64,000 bases of DNA from a virus (IMGVR_UViG_3300005529_000032:6594-70593), one strand, 5' to 3'; positions 18,657-28,383 are shown, counted from the stretch's first letter. The notes: generated by a model from the sequence alone, not told the origin. Program-made: numbers and translations.

Positions 18657-20629
18657 TCAACGTCCTCAAAGCCGGTCTCTAAGAAATCCGGATTCAAATA
18701 CACCCGCGTAATGACGCCCTGCACGCGGCGCCGCGCCTGCCGCCATCCGAGTTGCTGCAGGCAGCGCACCACGCCCACCTTGTCGGCTTGTGTCTGACTC
18801 GACACGGGCTTATTGATGCACTGATCCAATACCTCGGGCAATGTCACGGACTCCCGATTGATGACCCAGCGCTTAATGCGATCCAGCCAGACATGCACGT
18901 CGACGCGCTTGGCCTGCTCCCGCTTCGCCGCCTCGATCACACTGTCTTGCTGTAGCCACCACACGGCTTTCTGCCGGTAGAGCTCGACCGCCTCGGCCCA
19001 TAACTGGTCGCGGTCTTCGTGCAGCGCATCGAGCTCGATCTTGCCCACTTCCACGGGCCAGAACCTGCGGTTGCCTGTTGTGTCCTTCAGCGGCTCGTAC
19101 TCGTTCGTGGTCGCGAGAAACACCGTCTGCCGCGGATGCTCCACATTCTGCCGCCCGTACATCGGCCGGTAGATGTCGACACTGCGGCTCATGTAGGCTT
19201 TCACGCTGGTCAAGGCCGCCTTGTTCAGCGCCGCGAGCTCCTGGAGCTCCACAATCCAGCGGCCCACGAGATGCAGCTTCGCGTCTTTCTCGCTCAGGTC
19301 CGGCAGATCATCACTGAACCACGGCTCCCCGAGCAGCCGGCACAAGCTCGACTTCATTAAGCCTTCCGCGCCGATGAACATCAGCGCTGCATCGGCTTTG
19401 CAACCTGGTTGAAAGATCCGCGCCACTGCGCTGATCAACCAGCAACGCCCGGCCGTGCTCGTGTATGGGTCGAGTTTTACTCCCGCGTAGCGCGTCAGCC
19501 ATTGATCGACGCGCGGCTCGCTATCCCAATGCAAACTGTTCAGGTAATCGCGCACGGGATGAAACGTGTGTCGCGACGCTACCGCCTGGACTGCGTCATA
19601 AGCCGAATCTTTGCCGACCTCGATGTGGTGCGACTGCAGCCAATACGTCAGCTCCAAAGTGTCGAGCTCAATCCACTCTGTTGTGTGTTTGGTTCGCTCC
19701 CACCAGGGCAAGGTGGAGGGCTTCAAAACCTTGTCTGCAAACTCATCGCGCATCAGTCCGGCAAACTCGGGCGCGTTCGCCACTGCTACCTGAGCATTCA
19801 CGCCCAATGCTTTCGGCTTGCCAGTGTCCGTCGTGTACAGCCGCGCTTTCCATCCCGTCGCGCTGTTGAACTGGATCTGGCGGATGGCTTCGAGCACTAC
19901 CTCTGGCCCGCTGCCTGCTAACCAGTCATCGACGCCTTTGCCGAAATCCATGTCCCATTCGAGGTTTCCCACCTCGGCGCCGCGCTCGCGCAGGATGATG
20001 CTCAAAGCCCAACGCGCTTTCTTCACCGCGTCCTTCAACACGGCGTCTGAATCAAACGCGATGATGAATTTGCGTGCGCGATAGTACAGCAAGTCCATGT
20101 CTGGAATCTGGCCACGCACTGCGACTCTCGCGCCATACTCGTTCGTGGTCGTCCCGATGATGCCCATGAAGTTATTCACGCCACTCACTCCGACGGGAAT
20201 AAACTCCGGAACACCTGTGCGCCAGTTCGCAAGCCGCCACAGCGCGAGCGTTTTCAACTCGCCTTCGGTGACGATCACCGGCACGTTGATGTCTTGGACG
20301 AGTTTCGGATCTAAGTGACGCGGGAAGTACAACCGATTGCGGTCCCCTGGCGCTGACAGATATTTCCGGCTTGGCTTGCCGGTCCGCGCGTCGATCTCGG
20401 GATTCTCGCGCCGCAACCGCGCTGCCACCGGATCATTTGGCCTGCCGGGCAGGAAATACCAGATGCCGATGCCTGAGTAATCAAAGCTGCCGCGCCCGGC
20501 AATGAGCTCTTTGCCTTCGACGTGATTGAGGTGTTTCAGTCCGGCCGCGCGTGCCGTTGCCGGATCGATCCAGCGTTTCCCGAGCTCGACTATCTCGGCA
20601 TCCGTGAGGTCGTGGCCTATCTCAATCAC
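18653..20629 (-). CDS. Primase-helicase (DUF3854 Toprim-like + VirE/VapE ATPase)
   Basis: 'VIVTEGELK', 'IAFDSD', 'KGVDDWL', 'FHPVRDYL', 'GAEGLMKSS', 'YRPMYGR', 'DTTGNRRFWPV'. Confidence 0.88.
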   Translation of the reverse strand: MIEIGHDLTDAEIVELGKRWIDPATARAAGLKHLNHVEGKELIAGRGSFDYSGIGIWYFLPGRPNDPVAARLRRENPEIDARTGKPSRKYLSAPGDRNRLYFPRHLDPKLVQDINVPVIVTEGELKTLALWRLANWRTGVPEFIPVGVSGVNNFMGIIGTTTNEYGARVAVRGQIPDMDLLYYRARKFIIAFDSDAVLKDAVKKARWALSIILRERGAEVGNLEWDMDFGKGVDDWLAGSGPEVVLEAIRQIQFNSATGWKARLYTTDTGKPKALGVNAQVAVANAPEFAGLMRDEFADKVLKPSTLPWWERTKHTTEWIELDTLELTYWLQSHHIEVGKDSAYDAVQAVASRHTFHPVRDYLNSLHWDSEPRVDQWLTRYAGVKLDPYTSTAGRCWLISAVARIFQPGCKADAALMFIGAEGLMKSSLCRLLGEPWFSDDLPDLSEKDAKLHLVGRWIVELQELAALNKAALTSVKAYMSRSVDIYRPMYGRQNVEHPRQTVFLATTNEYEPLKDTTGNRRFWPVEVGKIELDALHEDRDQLWAEAVELYRQKAVWWLQQDSVIEAAKREQAKRVDVHVWLDRIKRWVINRESVTLPEVLDQCINKPVSSQTQADKVGVVRCLQQLGWRQARRRVQGVITRVYLNPDFLETGFEDVE

Positions 20630-20641
20630 GCCGCGCGTCCC

Positions 20642-21016
20642 CTAGATGTGACCCAGCTTCTCTAGCTCCTCCAAGATCGACGTCTCGAAGTTTCGGTACG
20701 CATCCAAGCTCCCGAAGCGAATGATGGTCTTGTACACTACCTTGCCGTTGTCGCCCCGCCGCAACTCCCCGTTCTCGATCGTCGGCGCACCTGGCAGCAT
20801 GATCCAGCGGCGCTGCCCGTTGTCATGCACGAGGCATCCGAGGATCTGCATTCCCGTCGGCAGCGTCACTGTGAAGGTGCCCACCAGGGTATTGCGATGC
20901 ACGGCTCGCCAGTCGGAAATGATTGGGATTGAGTCTTCCATCACCATCACCTCGGACATCGGTTCGAGTGTGGGTGCGTCGAGGACGGCTGAGGCAGAGG
21001 GCAACGGGTTCTCCAA
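20642..21016 (-). CDS. SpoVG-like small nucleic-acid-binding protein
   Basis: 'TLVGTFTVTLPTGMQILGCLVH...RWIMLPG...VYKTII'; start uncertain. Confidence 0.55.
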   Translation of the reverse strand: MENPLPSASAVLDAPTLEPMSEVMVMEDSIPIISDWRAVHRNTLVGTFTVTLPTGMQILGCLVHDNGQRRWIMLPGAPTIENGELRRGDNGKVVYKTIIRFGSLDAYRNFETSILEELEKLGHI

Positions 21017-21185
21017 GGTTTAGAGATCGACAGCTAACTCAGCGTCCAGAGAAACCAACCACAGTCCCATTTCCGCATCGGCTTCCCTGGACGCCAATCG
21101 CTTCGAGTATATCCCCTACTCAGTAGGGCTACGCAACCGAAATCTACCTAGTAGGCTTACCGAGTAGTGGCCGCCGTCTGTCATC

Positions 21186-21222
21186 TCAAAAACAAAAAGA
21201 CCGGGCTTTTGACCCGGTCTTT
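21186..21222 (-). terminator. Intrinsic terminator
   Basis: AAAGACCGGG-loop-CCCGGTCTTT followed by a T-tract on the minus strand. Confidence 0.7.
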
Positions 21223-21293
21223 CCCACGTTGACTTTGCTTCGTTTGCCAAAGGCTTCGAAAGGCTCTGCAATCTTTCGAAGGGAGTGAAACTA

Positions 21294-21533
21294 TTATGGC
21301 GCAGTTCCGGCCTGCCGCGTGCAACCATGGCCACGCCGCGCGACCGTCAGCGATACCTGCTCGCCGCATCTCGGGCACGGAATCATGGTCGCTGGCCGTC
21401 CGCCTGCTCTCGTCACCACAGTTCGCTTGGAGAGCTTATACAGCGCGACAAAGCTGCGGATGGCCGACTGGCATTCCACACTGGTCCGCAAATGCTCCAG
21501 CGTGGCCGGACGTCCGCAGTGTGGGCACTTCAT
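21294..21533 (-). CDS. Small Cys-rich (CPxCG x2) protein
   Basis: MKCPHCGRP...CPRCGEQ; GAGGAGG RBS. Confidence 0.6.
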   Translation of the reverse strand: MKCPHCGRPATLEHLRTSVECQSAIRSFVALYKLSKRTVVTRAGGRPATMIPCPRCGEQVSLTVARRGHGCTRQAGTAP

Positions 21534-22063
21534 AATTCCTCCTCGCTGAAGATATCTGCGCAGCGGAACTCAGCAAGATGCAGAATCGCGTCATCGCCGC
21601 TAAACCGCTGCGTGATGTAATCCTGGCCTGTGATCTCGACTTGCTTCAGACGATCATTCACCACCCAGAACCCCGAGCAGCCGTGGCGCAAACACACATC
21701 GATCTTCTCGGCAATCTCTTCCGCCGTGTTGCCCGGCGAGAGCACCTCGACCACAATATCCGGAGCGCCTTGCAGGTAGCTGTCAGGCGGTGTTTGTTGC
21801 GCCCGTTCCCGTTTCACGACGCCAATATCCGCACGCCAAACTTCGTACTCGGGCAGCGGTTGAAAGGCCATCTCCACGCGCACAATGCCCCAGGAGGACA
21901 TGCTGCGTGCGAGCAACGTGCGGATGCGCTCCTGCAACTGCTCGTGTCTCCATTTCGGCGGAGGCATCGTTACCACCTCCCCGTGATGCAACTCGAAGCG
22001 ACCCGATGGGTCCGGAAGTGTGAGAAACTCCCCGACCGTGACCAATGTCGTGAAAATACCCAT
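21530..22063 (-). CDS. Uma2/DUF820-family PD-(D/E)xK nuclease-like protein
   Basis: 'FELHHGEVVTMPPP', 'APDIVVEVLSPGN', 'FWVVN'. Confidence 0.85.
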   Translation of the reverse strand: MGIFTTLVTVGEFLTLPDPSGRFELHHGEVVTMPPPKWRHEQLQERIRTLLARSMSSWGIVRVEMAFQPLPEYEVWRADIGVVKRERAQQTPPDSYLQGAPDIVVEVLSPGNTAEEIAEKIDVCLRHGCSGFWVVNDRLKQVEITGQDYITQRFSGDDAILHLAEFRCADIFSEEEL

Positions 22064-22070
22064 CTCACCC

Positions 22071-22283
22071 TCAATTCCCCCGGTCTTCGATGATCCCAAC
22101 GCGCTTGTCGAGCTCGTGCAGTGCGCCCGTCAGCATCTCCATACTCGTGCTTAGTTTGTCGAGTCCCGCCTCGATGCGGTCCGCACGCTTATTGCTCAGG
22201 ACTAATGCCGTGATGGCGACGCCTGCCGTTGATCCTGCCGTTGCGACGGATGTCACCACGGCGACGATGATGTTGCTGTCCAT
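22071..22283 (-). CDS. Small TM + coiled-coil protein
   Basis: Hydrophobic N-terminus followed by heptads; same architecture as 24450-24686. Confidence 0.6.
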   Translation of the reverse strand: MDSNIIVAVVTSVATAGSTAGVAITALVLSNKRADRIEAGLDKLSTSMEMLTGALHELDKRVGIIEDRGN

Positions 22284-22338
22284 GCCTTTTCCCTATTCTC
22301 CCTTGTTGGTAGTGAATTTGACTACCCAATCTTCCTTC

Positions 22339-22821
22339 CTATCCACACACAAATGCGGGAGCCTGCTCCCGGATCTCGTCATACTGCGCCGGGGCAGCAT
22401 TGCCGCCCTCGATGCGCTCCACAAACCAATAGCTGCGTTCGAAGCTGTAGCTGATGCGCAGGTCGACAAAGAACCCGTTGCGATCCTGGTCGACGCCAAA
22501 CACGCGATAGCGGCTGTTGCCGAGTGACATCCAGTGCGTAAAGTACATGGCTATTTGCCCTCCCCCTGGGAGCCGCAACCTTCCGACCAGGAATAATCCG
22601 CATCGAGTTCCGGGGTCGATCCGGCAGTCGCAGACCTCGCCTACCTCGACCGGATACCCGCAGTCGAAGCAGTCGACGTAGCGGACCCATGCCTGCCGCT
22701 CCTCCTGCCACGTCTTTTTCCCGTTCGGGCATCCCGCCTCATGCGCGAATACCCCGTTAATGTTTGCCGCCTGACATTGATCGCAGCGCATAAACCTTCC
22801 TCCGAGTCCAGAATAACTCAC
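22339..22821 (-). CDS. Cys-rich hypothetical protein
   Basis: 'CDQCQAANINGVFAHEAGCPN'; probable start MRCDQ; a second in-frame RBS+ATG at MYFTHW. Confidence 0.5.
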   Translation of the reverse strand: MSYSGLGGRFMRCDQCQAANINGVFAHEAGCPNGKKTWQEERQAWVRYVDCFDCGYPVEVGEVCDCRIDPGTRCGLFLVGRLRLPGGGQIAMYFTHWMSLGNSRYRVFGVDQDRNGFFVDLRISYSFERSYWFVERIEGGNAAPAQYDEIREQAPAFVCG

Positions 22822-22909
22822 CTAGCGAGTATATGCAATGGTTTGGTATGGTCTTTCCTCGGAAAATTTCCGGCCTTGCCGCCTGCCTGGATTGGGATGG
22901 CCTTGGCCC

Positions 22910-23228
22910 GTGAACAGCGTGCACGGCTCTGTGTACAGTGTCAGGCCGTCATTCTGGGACTGTTCACAGGTCGTAACCCGTTGTGTCTCCTACTACTTAT
23001 CTCTTCTGTGAACAGTGTGAACAGTATAAAGGAATAAAAGTATATAGTAGGTGGGCATAATGTAATAGCAAATAGGTATATAAGAGGAGAAGGATAGAAA
23101 CTGCGGTACACACTGCACACACTGTGCACAGACGCACTAAGTGCCTTTGGAATCAATGATTTAGCCTGTGAACAGTCTGTGAACAGTAAGGTGTGAACAG
23201 TCTCGAAAGACCGTTGGGACCGTTCACA
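22910..23228. repeat. Iteron-like (T)GTGAACAG repeats around an AT-rich core; putative replication origin
   Basis: Direct copies at 22910, 23007, 23016, 23167, 23178, 23192; inverted copies at 22960 and 23222; AT-rich 23025-23100. Confidence 0.6.
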
Positions 23229-23353
23229 AAAGGTGGGTAAAAAACAAGTGCCGGATGGCCTAACGGCTACCCGGCTCCTGTAGGCTACCTGATGCGGTCG
23301 CCCCTGTCAATGGGTTGACACTTCTGCCATTCGCCTGACACTAATAGAGCAGG

Positions 23354-23935
23354 ATGGGAAGACCCAAAGGTCAATACATCATTAACGAACTCCCGGAAAG
23401 CACTCGATCTAAAGTACTTGATGCACTCCTGGCCGGAGCCTCGCTGCGCGAATGCGCCAAAATCGGAGGCGTCAGCCACGAAGCTGTGAAAACTTACAAA
23501 CAGAATGTTTTCCTGCCAGCAGTTCACAAAGCCCGGCAAATTCAAGCGCTGCAAGGACTTCCTACGTCTGACACCCAAAAAGCCATCGAGCATATTTCCC
23601 TGACGCGCGACGTCATCCAAACGAGTCCACTCCGAGACCGCCTCCAATTCCTTTGGTCTGAGTCCGAGGATGCTGTTAAGCGAGCAAAGAGAGCCGTTCG
23701 CGTGGTCAAAGACCCAGCTTCCGGCGAGCTTGTTCCAGTTGGCCCGGACGTCGCCGCTATCGCGCCCGTCCTCAACCAAGCACACAAGAATTGTGAGTTA
23801 CTTGGGCGGGTAACTGGCGAACTAGAAAGCGCTCCGTCGGCTAACATCGCCGTTCAGATCGTGATGCCAGGTGCGCCACAAAATCCGCCTGCGGCCGAAC
23901 TTCCATATATCGATGTCAGCGTCAAAAAACGCTGA
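23354..23935 (+). CDS. HTH protein, terminase small subunit-like
   Basis: N-terminal HTH 'ALLAGASLRECAKIGGVSHEAV', helical middle, C-terminal 'ELLGRVTGEL...NIAVQIV'; no other TerS candidate found near terL. Confidence 0.55.
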   Translation: MGRPKGQYIINELPESTRSKVLDALLAGASLRECAKIGGVSHEAVKTYKQNVFLPAVHKARQIQALQGLPTSDTQKAIEHISLTRDVIQTSPLRDRLQFLWSESEDAVKRAKRAVRVVKDPASGELVPVGPDVAAIAPVLNQAHKNCELLGRVTGELESAPSANIAVQIVMPGAPQNPPAAELPYIDVSVKKR

Positions 23936-24449
23936 AAACTGCCGATTTTGAGGGGTGTTGGGATATCAGACGGCTCTCAGCGATTCGTTATAGCTCGTTT
24001 CTGAGGGCAAAAATTTTCACGTCTGCGAACGCTATTACGAAATTTGCTGAAATTCACTTACTGACTTAGTGTGATTGAGTTAGTCCTACTTACTAAGTGG
24101 GAATAGACCATCTCGACTGGATGGAATAGACCGAGTAAGTCGAGCGGGTAAGTCGGGAAAGATGGTGACCATCCATTTAGGAACTACCCACCCCACCCCC
24201 ATACCCCATTTTCAAGGAACCTTCCGCCGGCCGGGTTAAAGTCTAAATCTCATGCGCGCAGTCTGGCTGCTAACATGGCACTCGCCGACTAGTGCGAAGC
24301 TAGTTTAGTGGAACAGGAAACCAGCACGGCGAACGTGGTAGATGGGTTGTTTGCGATCGCGCGGGCGCTGCATCAGGTAGCAAAAGCGATCGAGGAGGGA
24401 TATAGGGATGAAAGCGGCGGGAACGGAATGACGTAGAGAACGGGGAGTT

Positions 24450-24686
24450 TTAGCGGACGAGGCGGGAAGAGGACTCGATTTTATCGAGGCGGTCATCGAT
24501 GCGATTGAAGCGTTGTTCGGTGGAGGATTTGAGGTCGGTGATACGGGCCGAGAGGGAGGCATTGAGGTCGTCGATGCGTTTACTGAGTTCCTCGAGGCGT
24601 TTATTGTTGTTCCAGTGAGCGAGGAGGATAGCGGCGACGACGGGGAGGACGCCGTAGAAGACCTGGAGAGCTTGGGAATTGGGCAT
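24450..24686 (-). CDS. Small TM + coiled-coil protein
   Basis: 'LPVVAAILLAHWNNNKRLEELSKRIDDL...RFNRIDDRLDKIE'. Confidence 0.65.
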   Translation of the reverse strand: MPNSQALQVFYGVLPVVAAILLAHWNNNKRLEELSKRIDDLNASLSARITDLKSSTEQRFNRIDDRLDKIESSSRLVR

Positions 24687-24724
24687 GGGCGGGGCCGTTG
24701 GTAGTCATTATAACTACTTTACGT

Positions 24725-24778
24725 AGTTTAGGGAGTTTAAGAAGTTTAGGGAGTTTAAGAAGTTTAGGGAGTTGACGA
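24725..24778. repeat. 9/18-bp tandem repeat
   Basis: AGTTTAGGG AGTTTAAGA AGTTTAGGG AGTTTAAGA AGTTTAGGG AGTTGACGA. Confidence 0.85.
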
Positions 24779-25006
24779 GGTTTTCTCGGGTGCCTGGGGT
24801 GTGGGGCGGGCGCGGTCGAGTTCAGCTTGGAGTTGGGCGGCGCAGCGGTCGCAGAGGAATTCGGAGTCGGAGCGGGGCTGGAGGTCGCCATCGAGGGTGT
24901 AGGTGTAGGTGGCGCGGTGGGTAGCGGGTTTGGAGCACAACGGAGCTTCGCAGAACATGCGGGCGGAGCGTTCGAGGTCAGGGAGTGGGGTGAGGGAGAT
25001 GGTCAT
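24764..25006 (-). CDS. Small Cys-containing hypothetical protein
   Basis: CxxxxC...CxxC; member of the coupled minus-strand operon. Confidence 0.5.
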   Translation of the reverse strand: MTISLTPLPDLERSARMFCEAPLCSKPATHRATYTYTLDGDLQPRSDSEFLCDRCAAQLQAELDRARPTPQAPEKTSSTP

Positions 25007-25238
25007 AGGGCGTGTTCGCGGGCGCAGAGTTCGCGGGCTTCGGCGGCCCGCACGGGGGCTTCGAAGGCTTTTTTAGAGAGGCGGTTGAACTCGATGGTGA
25101 ATTGGTGGAGTTGGGCGTCTTGTTTATGGATGACGGTTTGGAGGTAGTGGTTAGTGGCGATGAGGGAGAGGACGGCGATGGTCATCAGGACACGGAAGAC
25201 GAGGTCGAAGATATGGGATTTGGACAAGGGGGATTCTT

Positions 25239-25517
25239 TTAGTTTGGGTTTTTGGAGGTGGTTTGGCGGGCGGCGTGGCGGAGGTGGATGGTCCAGGCGA
25301 CGGCGCGTTCGCGGCCGGGGTGTTCGCAGGCTTCTTTCATGGCGGCTACCTGGGCTCCGAGGCGTTTCGATTGGGCGAGGAGGCGGTCGCGTTCGGCTTG
25401 GGACTGGTTGAGTTTCTCGCGGATCTGGCGGTACATGGCGGCGGAGTGGTGATCGACGGCGACGGCGACGGCGCAGACGGCGAGGTTCAGGAAGAGCAGG
25501 GCGAGGCGGAATTTCAT
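25239..25517 (-). CDS. Signal-anchor coiled-coil protein
   Basis: MKFRLALLFLNLAVCAVAVA...; ATGA coupling. Confidence 0.5.
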   Translation of the reverse strand: MKFRLALLFLNLAVCAVAVAVDHHSAAMYRQIREKLNQSQAERDRLLAQSKRLGAQVAAMKEACEHPGRERAVAWTIHLRHAARQTTSKNPN

Positions 25518-25732
25518 AGGGGTTGTGGTCCTTTGGTGGAGTTGTTCCAAGCGATAGCACATTCGGGACAGGGTAGGTATTGGATGGAGTTGGGCAGTTT
25601 CGGGGCGACGAGGACTTGGTGGCCGCAGGCGAGGGTATAGGCTCCGGCGTTGGCGGCGGGGTCGGAGTCGTTGCGTTCTTCGATGAGGCGGAAGAAGCGG
25701 AGTTGGTCGTAGAGGGTAGGGTCAATGAGCAT
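25514..25732 (-). CDS. Small hypothetical protein
   Basis: 'LACGH...CPEC' motif shared with 27973-28383. Confidence 0.5.
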   Translation of the reverse strand: MLIDPTLYDQLRFFRLIEERNDSDPAANAGAYTLACGHQVLVAPKLPNSIQYLPCPECAIAWNNSTKGPQPL

Positions 25733-25744
25733 AGGTTTTGGGTC

Positions 25745-25978
25745 TCAGCTTCGGCGAAGGAGTTTCTGGAGCAGGGTTTGGTTGAAGACGACGGTATCGG
25801 CGCCGTCGGCGAGGAGTTTGCCTTGGTTGAGGAGGCGTTTCGCGGAGATGGGATCGATACCGAGGCGGTTTTGGATGACGCGGAAGAGGAGTTTCATTTG
25901 CTCGGGGTCATCGGAGCGGACGAGGACGTGGGTATCGCGTATGGCGAGGAGGTAGGTTTGGGGCTCGCGGGGGCGCAT
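25745..25978 (-). CDS. Hypothetical protein
   Basis: Coupled ORF in the early operon. Confidence 0.45.
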   Translation of the reverse strand: MRPREPQTYLLAIRDTHVLVRSDDPEQMKLLFRVIQNRLGIDPISAKRLLNQGKLLADGADTVVFNQTLLQKLLRRS

Positions 25979-26452
25979 TTACTTGGGTTCCTCGGTAAAG
26001 GGCCGCTCGCACCAGAGGCAGCGTTTATTGTGGCGGAGGTGCTGCGCATGGAGGGTAGGGCGGCCGGTGGCGGCGTTGTAGCGTTCGGCGAGGAAGTGGT
26101 GGACGAGGCCGCAGTGCGGGCAGGTATAGACGAGCAGTGGGCCGATACCGAGGAGTGCGCGGAGGTCGTCCATGGAAGCTTGCGGGACGCCGTGTTCGCC
26201 GGTGAGCGCGAGGTAGCCGGACGGGGGATGTTGGGGCGGTTCGGCGTCTGCGAGGATCGGGCCGATAGGGCGGAGGGACTCGCTAGGCGGCCATTCGAGG
26301 TCTTCGGGTGAGACGGCTTGGGTATTGCGGCCGAAGGTAACGAAGAGGAAGTTGGGGTTCCAGCTATAGAGGGTGCCGAGATTCGGCTGGCCTCGCGTAT
26401 AGCGGACCCAGCGGCCGGCATCGGCGGGGGAGAGGGTTTTGGGATCGATCAT
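25979..26452 (-). CDS. Hypothetical zinc-finger protein
   Basis: CPHC...CLWC; N-terminal SH3-like segment 'GRWVRY...LFVTF'. Confidence 0.55.
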   Translation of the reverse strand: MIDPKTLSPADAGRWVRYTRGQPNLGTLYSWNPNFLFVTFGRNTQAVSPEDLEWPPSESLRPIGPILADAEPPQHPPSGYLALTGEHGVPQASMDDLRALLGIGPLLVYTCPHCGLVHHFLAERYNAATGRPTLHAQHLRHNKRCLWCERPFTEEPK

Positions 26453-26703
26453 GGGCGTTTCCGGAGTTGGCGGATGTCTTTTGAGATTTCGCGGATCACC
26501 AAGGCGGTGATAAAGACTGTGAAGCAGGCGGTGAACCAGCTATGGAGGAGCCACGCCGTGAAGGCGAGGGCGGGCGGCAGGGTGAGCAGCAGCAGAATTT
26601 CGGTGGTGAGGGATTCAACGAGCAGGCGGCGTTGTTGTTTGCGCCAGAACCGTTCAAACGCGGACTGGGCTTCGATTTGGAGTTGGTAGTCGTCTTCGGT
26701 CAT
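26449..26703 (-). CDS. Small 2-TM membrane protein
   Basis: Hydrophobic central segments; ATGA overlaps. Confidence 0.5.
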   Translation of the reverse strand: MTEDDYQLQIEAQSAFERFWRKQQRRLLVESLTTEILLLLTLPPALAFTAWLLHSWFTACFTVFITALVIREISKDIRQLRKRP

Positions 26704-27116
26704 GGGAGTTTGGCTCCGAGCAGGGCTTCGAGGGAACGTTTTGAGATGCGTTGCCAGCGCGGCTGAAGGTCTTCGGGGGAGAAGGTGACCAGGTCGAAAG
26801 ACTCCTCGATCGTTTCGCGGCGGCGCGAGGGAGGGTAGGAGCTGGAGTCGTAATGTTCCACCAGGACAAGGCGGGCGGGGTTAAGCTCGGGCCAACGGTG
26901 GAGGACGGCGCGCCGGGCGTCTTCGATGCCGTTGGTGATAGAGCAGCCGGGATTGTCGGCGAGCTCGGTGAGAAGGACGACGGTGAGGGGATGGACGTGG
27001 AAGAGGCGGACGCGGAACTTCATATCGAGCCGGTAGCGGGGCGTCGAGAGGATCTCGTCGTGAGTGGGCTCGGCGAGCGAGTCAGGCGCGCACTTCGATT
27101 TCATACTGGTCTCCAA
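26700..27116 (-). CDS. Hypothetical phage protein
   Basis: 'LTELADNPGCSITNGIE...VEHY' conserved-looking motif. Confidence 0.6.
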   Translation of the reverse strand: METSMKSKCAPDSLAEPTHDEILSTPRYRLDMKFRVRLFHVHPLTVVLLTELADNPGCSITNGIEDARRAVLHRWPELNPARLVLVEHYDSSSYPPSRRRETIEESFDLVTFSPEDLQPRWQRISKRSLEALLGAKLP

Positions 27117-27351
27117 GCAGGCTCGTGGTGGTTTCGGCGGAGTAGTTGACGGTCAATGGCAGGGCTCCGATGAGGATGCCGGACCCACTACGGACGGGAG
27201 ACTCGAGGAAGAGGCCGACGGACTGGGTCGAATCGGCGGAGATGGGAGAGGCGAGGGCGACGCGGGCGTAGGACCACTCCGGGTCACCGACGAGGCGGAT
27301 GCGGATACGGTCGCCTTGCTCGAGCGGCACAGGGAGCATGGGAGTGGGCAT
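27082..27351 (-). CDS. Hypothetical protein
   Basis: GGAG RBS; beta-rich 89 aa. Confidence 0.45.
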   Translation of the reverse strand: MPTPMLPVPLEQGDRIRIRLVGDPEWSYARVALASPISADSTQSVGLFLESPVRSGSGILIGALPLTVNYSAETTTSLLGDQYEIEVRA

Positions 27352-27354
27352 AGG

Positions 27355-27660
27355 TTACTCCGGAGGAGTGGTCCCCAGTTTGGGTTCGGGCTCGGGCCAC
27401 GCGGGCGCGAGCGGATGGTCTCTACAGACGGGGGTGAGTGGGGGATGGACCAAGCCGGAGTCGACCAGGACGAAGGAGCCCAGGCTCTTCGCGAGAAACT
27501 CGCACAGCATAGTCCAGTGGATTCTTGCTTTCTTACCGCACTCAGCGCAGGCGATGTGTTGGTTGTAGCGCAGGAAGCGGACGCTCTCGCGTAGCTCTTC
27601 TGGGAAGAGTTTATTCGGCTTCGCTTCGCGGATATCGACCCAGAGGAGTTCGTCAGGCAT
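27355..27660 (-). CDS. Hypothetical Cys/His protein
   Basis: MPDELLW...CAECG...VCRDH. Confidence 0.5.
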   Translation of the reverse strand: MPDELLWVDIREAKPNKLFPEELRESVRFLRYNQHIACAECGKKARIHWTMLCEFLAKSLGSFVLVDSGLVHPPLTPVCRDHPLAPAWPEPEPKLGTTPPE

Positions 27661-27976
27661 GGGCGTTCCGTCCGGTGAGTTTCTCAAGATCGGCTTGGCT
27701 GATAACGAAATAGCGTCCATTGCGACCGAGGAGCATTCTTGCCTCGATGGCTTGGCGGTAGCAGGCAACTAGTTGGCCGATCAGGAAGCACTCCGCATCG
27801 GTCAGCAGGCGCGTGGCGGCGGTGTCCGACAAGGCGAGCAACAGATCTTTGGCTTCGTCCTCGCGCAGGGGCGGCAAGGGCCGGGCCTCGGGATGTTGCC
27901 GTTCGGTCTGAGCGATGGATTGCTCGAGGTGACGCTTCATGTCCGCGAGCTCTTCGTAGGTGTAGTCGTTCTTCAT
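27653..27976 (-). CDS. Hypothetical protein
   Basis: MKNDYTYEEL..., ATGA-coupled. Confidence 0.5.
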   Translation of the reverse strand: MKNDYTYEELADMKRHLEQSIAQTERQHPEARPLPPLREDEAKDLLLALSDTAATRLLTDAECFLIGQLVACYRQAIEARMLLGRNGRYFVISQADLEKLTGRNAHA

Positions 27977-28383
27977 TCCGCGACGGCGACCTCCGCGACG
28001 AACGCGCCGCACTTTTTGCACTTGATGGTGAGATTGGCGGTTATCTTCGAGTACGAGACGTCGACGCCGTAGTGGGGATGGCAGCGGGCGTGAAAGTAGA
28101 GGACGGAATGATCGTGTCCGCAGTTGGGAGTGCCACAGCCTTCCCGGTGGAGTTTCGCGCGTGTGAGCGGTTCAGGTTGGGCGGCTGCTTTCATGCACTC
28201 GAGGCAGAGCACGCGGCCTCCGGTATGGCTGACATCGCCGAAAGAGAGGACTTCGTGGCCACACTCGAGCGTGATGTGCTTCCCGGTGCGTGAGCCCTCC
28301 ATCGGCACCGTCGCGACGATACGCTTGTGAAATTCGGTATCGCCCGGCGGCAGGTCGGGTTCGAAAGTGAGGTCAAGAGGCAT
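27973..28383 (-). CDS. Zinc-finger-rich hypothetical protein
   Basis: LECGH..CLEC..CGTPNCGHDH..CH..CKKC. Confidence 0.6.
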   Translation of the reverse strand: MPLDLTFEPDLPPGDTEFHKRIVATVPMEGSRTGKHITLECGHEVLSFGDVSHTGGRVLCLECMKAAAQPEPLTRAKLHREGCGTPNCGHDHSVLYFHARCHPHYGVDVSYSKITANLTIKCKKCGAFVAEVAVAE

